DNA of 64,000 nucleotides from an uncultured Bacteriovoracaceae bacterium (GTDB lineage Bacteria; Desulfobacterota; Desulfomonilia; UBA1062): NCBI GenBank assembly GCA_964600235.1, contig CAZRIV010000013.1, positions 21,258 to 85,257 of the forward strand, read 5' to 3'. Shown piece by piece: positions 59,483 to 64,000 of this stretch (position 1 is its first letter; each line of letters starts with the position of its first letter). The notes under the pieces were generated by a model. It saw only the letters and a program-made list of their open reading frames with translations, ran no database searches and was not told where the DNA came from. The position numbers and the translations under genes were made by a program.

Positions 59483-59505
59483 TGACTTGGGGAGAAAATT
59501 GATTC

Positions 59506-61002
59506 ATGGACGGATATATTCTGGCGATTGATCAGGGGACTACCGGAAGCAGGGTCATGATCCTCAACCACAAGGGCCAGGTTGTGGGATCAGCTTATTC
59601 TGAATTCCCCCAGATATATCCTCAGCCAGGGTGGGTCGAGCATGACCCGGAAGTAATCTGGACAACAACCTTGGATGTCATGGGAAAGGCACTTAAGACA
59701 GCAGATGTCCTATCACGAGAAATCGCAGCAATCGGCATCACAAATCAAAGGGAGACAACGGTCCTTTGGGAAAGAGATACCTTAAGGCCCGTACACAATG
59801 CCATTGTCTGGCAATGCCGGAGATCTGCTGAAATATGCGACCATTTAAAAAGGAATGGTCATGAGAACCTTATCCAGGAAAAAACAGGGCTCGTACTTGA
59901 TGCCTATTTTTCAGGCACCAAGGTTAAATGGCTCCTCGATACTATCCCGGGCCTGAGGGCACGGGCCGAATCAGGCGAGATAGCCTTTGGCACGATAGAT
60001 ACATGGCTTATTGCCAAGCTCACAAAAGGGAAGCATCATATAACCGATTATTCAAATGCGTCCAGGACCATGCTGTTTAATATCCACGAAAAAAACTGGG
60101 ATGACCATCTGTTGAAAATTCTGGATGTACCCCGGGCGATGCTTCCCCGAGTCGTATCATCTGCTGAAGTCATCGGGAAAACCGCAGCCGAAATCACCGG
60201 GACTGCGATACCAATAGCAGGAATTGCCGGTGACCAGCAGGCGGCATTATTCGGACAAGGATGCTTTGATAAGGGGGAGGCAAAAAATACATACGGAACA
60301 GGATGTTTTCTCCTGTTGAATATTGGGGGCAATAAGATTGCCCCCAAAAATGGCCTGATCCTCACCCTGGCATGCGATGAAAAAGGGAAGCCCTGTTATG
60401 CCCTTGAAGGGTCCGTATTTATAGCCGGTGCAGTCATTCAATGGCTGCGCGACGGGCTTGGACTGATTGCAGATGCTGCTCAATGCCAGGCAATTGCTGA
60501 GAGTGTAAGCGACTCCCATGGGGTCTACATGGTTCCCGCCCTTGCCGGGCTAGGTGCACCCTACTGGGATATGTATGCTCGTGGTGCTGTTATAGGCATC
60601 ACCCGAAGTACTACCAAGGCCCACATTGTACGGGCATCTCTCGAGGGCATCGCCTTTCAGGTGAAGGACCTTATCGGCGCATTCGAACAGTGCACGAATA
60701 GATCATTCTCTGGTATTAAAGTCGACGGGGGTGCATGCAGGAATGACTTCCTCATGCAATTCCAATCAGATATTTTGGGATGCCCTGTGGATAGATCTAA
60801 CCATATCGAATCAACCGGCATGGGTGCAGCATATCTTGCAGGTATTGCGACGGGTTTTTGGAACTCAGGTAAAGAAATCAGGTCTTTGAGGGGATCTGAT
60901 CGTATCTTCTCACCAAATATTGATGAAAAAACCAGGATTCAAATGTATTCGGGCTGGAAGGAGGCTGTGGCCAGGGTGATATCCGGGTACAGGCACAAAT
61001 GA
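59506..61002 (+). CDS. glpK: Glycerol kinase
   Basis: IDQGTTGSR, GITNQRETT, VWQCRR, YFSGTK, SNASRT, GDQQAALFGQ, TYGTGCF. Confidence 0.97.
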   Translation: MDGYILAIDQGTTGSRVMILNHKGQVVGSAYSEFPQIYPQPGWVEHDPEVIWTTTLDVMGKALKTADVLSREIAAIGITNQRETTVLWERDTLRPVHNAIVWQCRRSAEICDHLKRNGHENLIQEKTGLVLDAYFSGTKVKWLLDTIPGLRARAESGEIAFGTIDTWLIAKLTKGKHHITDYSNASRTMLFNIHEKNWDDHLLKILDVPRAMLPRVVSSAEVIGKTAAEITGTAIPIAGIAGDQQAALFGQGCFDKGEAKNTYGTGCFLLLNIGGNKIAPKNGLILTLACDEKGKPCYALEGSVFIAGAVIQWLRDGLGLIADAAQCQAIAESVSDSHGVYMVPALAGLGAPYWDMYARGAVIGITRSTTKAHIVRASLEGIAFQVKDLIGAFEQCTNRSFSGIKVDGGACRNDFLMQFQSDILGCPVDRSNHIESTGMGAAYLAGIATGFWNSGKEIRSLRGSDRIFSPNIDEKTRIQMYSGWKEAVARVISGYRHK

Positions 61003-61766
61003 AATTTTTTGAATATATTGGTGCGATAACAATTTCTTTTGTAGAAGAGCTAGGGGCTTTTTTCCTCTTTTTCTTCCAAGCTCTCAGCAGCCTCCTTAAC
61101 CCACCCTTTTTCATGAAACAGCTTTTCAAACAGATGGAGTTTATTGGGATCCGTTCAACGCCTGTTGTTATGCTCACGGGAATTTTTTCCGGCATGGTAA
61201 GTGCTTTACAGACCTATCACGGATTCAGTCTCTTCGGGGCAGAATCTCTTGTCGGATCTACAACCGCCCTTGGTCTTCTCAGAGAACTCGGGCCAGTGCT
61301 TGCTTCCTTGATGGTAACAGCCAGAGCAGGATCTGCCATGACGGCTGAACTCGGCATAATGCGTGTCACACAACAAATAGACGCGCTTGTCGTAATGGGG
61401 GTTAATCCCTTTCAATATCTTATCATCCCGCGTATTGCCGCCTCCATAATCATGATGCCCATGCTTACCCTTGTTTTCGATAGTATTGGAATGATTGGAT
61501 CCTATCTTGTTGGAACAGCCATACTCGATATCGACAAGGGGGTATTCATGGCGCGAATTATCGAATACGTAGGTTATTCCGATCTCTTTTCCGGATTGAT
61601 AAAAGGGGCATTCTTCGGCGCAATATTGGCCATAGTAGGATGCTACAAGGGATTCAGCACGAGTGGAGGTGCGGAAGGTGTAGGACAGTCGGCCACTCAG
61701 TCAGTGGTCCTCTCCTCAGTAAGCATCCTGATTGCCGATTACATTCTCACTGCCATCATGTTCTAG
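60999..61766 (+). CDS. mlaE: MlaE/YrbE ABC permease
   Basis: RELGPVL..LMVTARAGSAMTAELG.M.VT.QIDAL, GAEGVGQSATQSVV. Confidence 0.95.
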   Translation: MKFFEYIGAITISFVEELGAFFLFFFQALSSLLNPPFFMKQLFKQMEFIGIRSTPVVMLTGIFSGMVSALQTYHGFSLFGAESLVGSTTALGLLRELGPVLASLMVTARAGSAMTAELGIMRVTQQIDALVVMGVNPFQYLIIPRIAASIIMMPMLTLVFDSIGMIGSYLVGTAILDIDKGVFMARIIEYVGYSDLFSGLIKGAFFGAILAIVGCYKGFSTSGGAEGVGQSATQSVVLSSVSILIADYILTAIMF

Positions 61767-61951
61767 CCTGTGGTAATGCCAAGCAAACCACACAACCCTG
61801 CAGATCAAGACCCCCCCTTATGCCAGATGGAACAGAAACAGGGATCCGTGTAGGTCTAACATCCCCATGATATCTCAGAATATTATCTGAGCCTCGTCGA
61901 AATACATGTTATCCATGGGTAAGGTCATCATACCCATGAGGCAGCTTAAAC

Positions 61952-62160
61952 CCAGATTGTACGTTTGAATGTGTCCATACACACCCGATACACTTTTAGG
62001 CGTGCATCGACAGATGATTCGTGGTGAACCTGATTGCTTTTTTACAGGCCCGTTATAACCAGTAGTCTCTTTAGCCTTTATTGACAGTGACAGGCAAATT
62101 CAGCATTTCTCAAGGCTTTAAGATCACTTGTTTTAATGGAAGAAGGTTTTAAACCCACTC
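61952..62160. repeat. Dispersed non-coding element copy C (hairpin decayed)
   Basis: ccagattgtacgtttg...gatacacttttagg...cccgtt...attcagcatttctcaaggctttaagatcac aligns to copies A and B with similar spacing. Confidence 0.75.
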
Positions 62161-62189
62161 AAATGCACAATAGGTGTTAGAATCTTCTG

Positions 62190-62618
62190 TCATGCCAGAG
62201 CCTCAGGTACACTCATATTAATAGCCTCGACCGGGCACTCCAAAGCGCAGAACCCACACCCTATGCATGCTTTCATGTCCTTGAGATATGGATAGCCGTG
62301 GGGACTTCCCGAGTCAAACGGCTGTGACAGGGAAAGGCAGTTTACCGGGCATATCTCTATACACATATTGCATGACATACATTTATTTACATCCACCTCC
62401 GGCTTCATCCACTGAGTGCGCTTGATCATGGAACAGATCCGTCCATACTGGTCGAGCACTGAATTATGGGGGCATATCCTCCCGCAGGCACCGCACTCAA
62501 TACATATTAAAGCATCGATCCTATGTATCTCTTTCTTCTCACCGGTTATGGACATGACAGGGCAGACCTTCTTGCAGGCCTGGCAGCCAACACATGTTTG
62601 TGTAATCGAAAAAGACAT
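62190..62618 (-). CDS. 4 x [4Fe-4S] ferredoxin-type protein
   Basis: Four CxxCxxCxxxCP motifs. Confidence 0.93.
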   Translation of the reverse strand: MSFSITQTCVGCQACKKVCPVMSITGEKKEIHRIDALICIECGACGRICPHNSVLDQYGRICSMIKRTQWMKPEVDVNKCMSCNMCIEICPVNCLSLSQPFDSGSPHGYPYLKDMKACIGCGFCALECPVEAINMSVPEALA

Positions 62619-62634
62619 CTATCCTCCACCTTTC

Positions 62635-64000
62635 TCAGTTGATCTCAATGCCGAGCCTGATCAAACTCTGCTGTGTAGGTTTTCCCGTTGCCGTGTCCCA
62701 ACCGAATTGAGTCCAATAATCTCTCATCATCTCATCTATCTTTACAGTCCTCCCCTTGTTGGCACCATAGACCAACGGTGGTCTCCCGAGGGCTCGATCA
62801 CTGAGTTTATTGGCCTTGGGATCAATGCCATGCTTTACATTAAATGACTGCTTCAGTGTCTGGACGCGTTCCCCGATCGTCATGTACTCTTCAGGTGTCT
62901 TGTTCCACCCTGTAGCAGCATTAAGCCAGTCAAAGGTAGGCGTCCTCTTGATTCCCAGGAAGGCACCAAACATGCAGATGCCTGCTCCGTTGACGACATT
63001 CATATACTTGCTGCACGCAGCGGATTCCTGTGCTTGTTTATCGCTTGCCTCGAATCTGCTGTCCTTGAAGTAGAGTTGGAAAGGTAGTTTCTTTGGTATA
63101 CCATCGACCTTCTTCCAGAGCTGGAACATCTCGTAGTATAGATATGCACCTATAGTGTGACGCCCGGGTGTCGGCTCCACCGAATAAGCAACTGCAAAGC
63201 CCGGGTCCATCCTACCATCATGCATGGCAGGTTCCTGTCCACCGGCATGGACTGCATACTTCTCTGCCCCTTTGCCTATCTTGCGCGATGCCACCTTTGT
63301 GCCGTCTGCAAGGATATCCCCGATGCCTTTTCTGTTGATCATCATTTCAATGAGTGCTCTTACACCATCAGTATTTCCCCAGCTTAAATCTATGCCTCCT
63401 GTGTCTTCCCTGGTAAGAATGCCTTTCTCATAGCACTCCATCGCAAAAGCAACCGTTGCCCCAGCAGAGATGGTATCCATTCCAGCCCGGTTCAAGATCT
63501 CGTTAAGTTCGAAGAGGCTCTCTGTATCCTCGTTCATACATAGTCCTCCAAGTGCAAGTACCGATTCATATTCCGGCTTGTGTGTATCCATCTCTTTGTT
63601 TTTACCGGGCATCACACAGATACCACCACATCCCAAGGGGCAGGAATAGCAATGGTACTTGATCTTTTCATGATTATTGATGCGGTCTGGATTGGCTGAC
63701 TTTGATTTTGTCATGGGCCAGTCCTCATTACTCCCCTTCCAGTTCTTGATGGGGGAATCCCCCCATTCAGGAGACATCTGGTTCAGACCGCCGGTCCCCC
63801 ACTGACGGAGGATCGCCTTATAGATCATGCCGTCCATGGCCATGGCAGTAGGAAGCAGGCGTAACAGCGCACCGAGATACCCCATCAATGCTCCCGGGCC
63901 AAGCGGAATCTGGAACTGCACCCATTTGTTGCAGATCTTGCTCAAGCGAGTCACTTCACTTCTATTGTAAACTCTGACCCGTTTCTTTCCATCAAGCACA
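62635..64000 (-). CDS. Aldehyde:ferredoxin oxidoreductase family protein (5' end outside window)
   Basis: CYSCPLGCG, PEYES, GMDTISAG, IGDILADG, HDGR. Confidence 0.88.
   Translation of the reverse strand, partial: VLDGKKRVRVYNRSEVTRLSKICNKWVQFQIPLGPGALMGYLGALLRLLPTAMAMDGMIYKAILRQWGTGGLNQMSPEWGDSPIKNWKGSNEDWPMTKSKSANPDRINNHEKIKYHCYSCPLGCGGICVMPGKNKEMDTHKPEYESVLALGGLCMNEDTESLFELNEILNRAGMDTISAGATVAFAMECYEKGILTREDTGGIDLSWGNTDGVRALIEMMINRKGIGDILADGTKVASRKIGKGAEKYAVHAGGQEPAMHDGRMDPGFAVAYSVEPTPGRHTIGAYLYYEMFQLWKKVDGIPKKLPFQLYFKDSRFEASDKQAQESAACSKYMNVVNGAGICMFGAFLGIKRTPTFDWLNAATGWNKTPEEYMTIGERVQTLKQSFNVKHGIDPKANKLSDRALGRPPLVYGANKGRTVKIDEMMRDYWTQFGWDTATGKPTQQSLIRLGIEIN

Overview
A 64-kb bacterial chromosome window, probably from an anaerobic deltaproteobacterium (Desulfobacterota-like; inferred from gene content, not tested). 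No CRISPR array, rRNA, tRNA, integrase, transposase or reverse transcriptase was recognised. (1) 1-2.7 kb: the 5' part of a MrfA/YprA-type DEAD/H helicase, then a 1.44-kb islet bounded by ~104-bp imperfect direct repeats. The islet holds a HigBA-type toxin-antitoxin pair and two gene remnants. (2) 2.9-13.1 kb: a surface/secretion locus. It encodes a 1772-aa Ig/PKD/YVTN-propeller protein, two tandem mosaic cassettes (small secreted protein A plus secreted Zn-phospholipase C/P1-nuclease-fold protein B, with the first B truncated) and a PEP-CTERM protein. (3) 13.2-23.9 kb: a GC-rich block with LOG, a PilZ protein, DUF2207/LemA and a MacAB-like ABC exporter. (4) 24.3-38.3 kb: a KamA-2xATP-grasp-GNAT operon, leuA with a complete leucine leader-peptide attenuator, mobA, Fe-S hydro-lyase alpha/beta, an SDR, and a hydantoinase-HDAC-patatin operon. 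(5) 38.5-64 kb: lower-GC, largely housekeeping genes (pilin, miaB, two-component system, MerR with a shared operator-like motif, two nitronate monooxygenase/FabK paralogues, ftsY-hldA-yicC-remA-gmk-pyrF-rsmD-coaD-aspC, fliS, maf, glpK, mlaE, ferredoxin, AOR). Best candidates for undescribed biology: (a) the Ig-giant plus polymorphic A/B cassette locus, and (b) a ~220-bp non-coding element present three times (28.2, 34.1, 62.0 kb) whose long hairpin shows compensatory changes. All alignments and counts were done by eye; no database searches were run.
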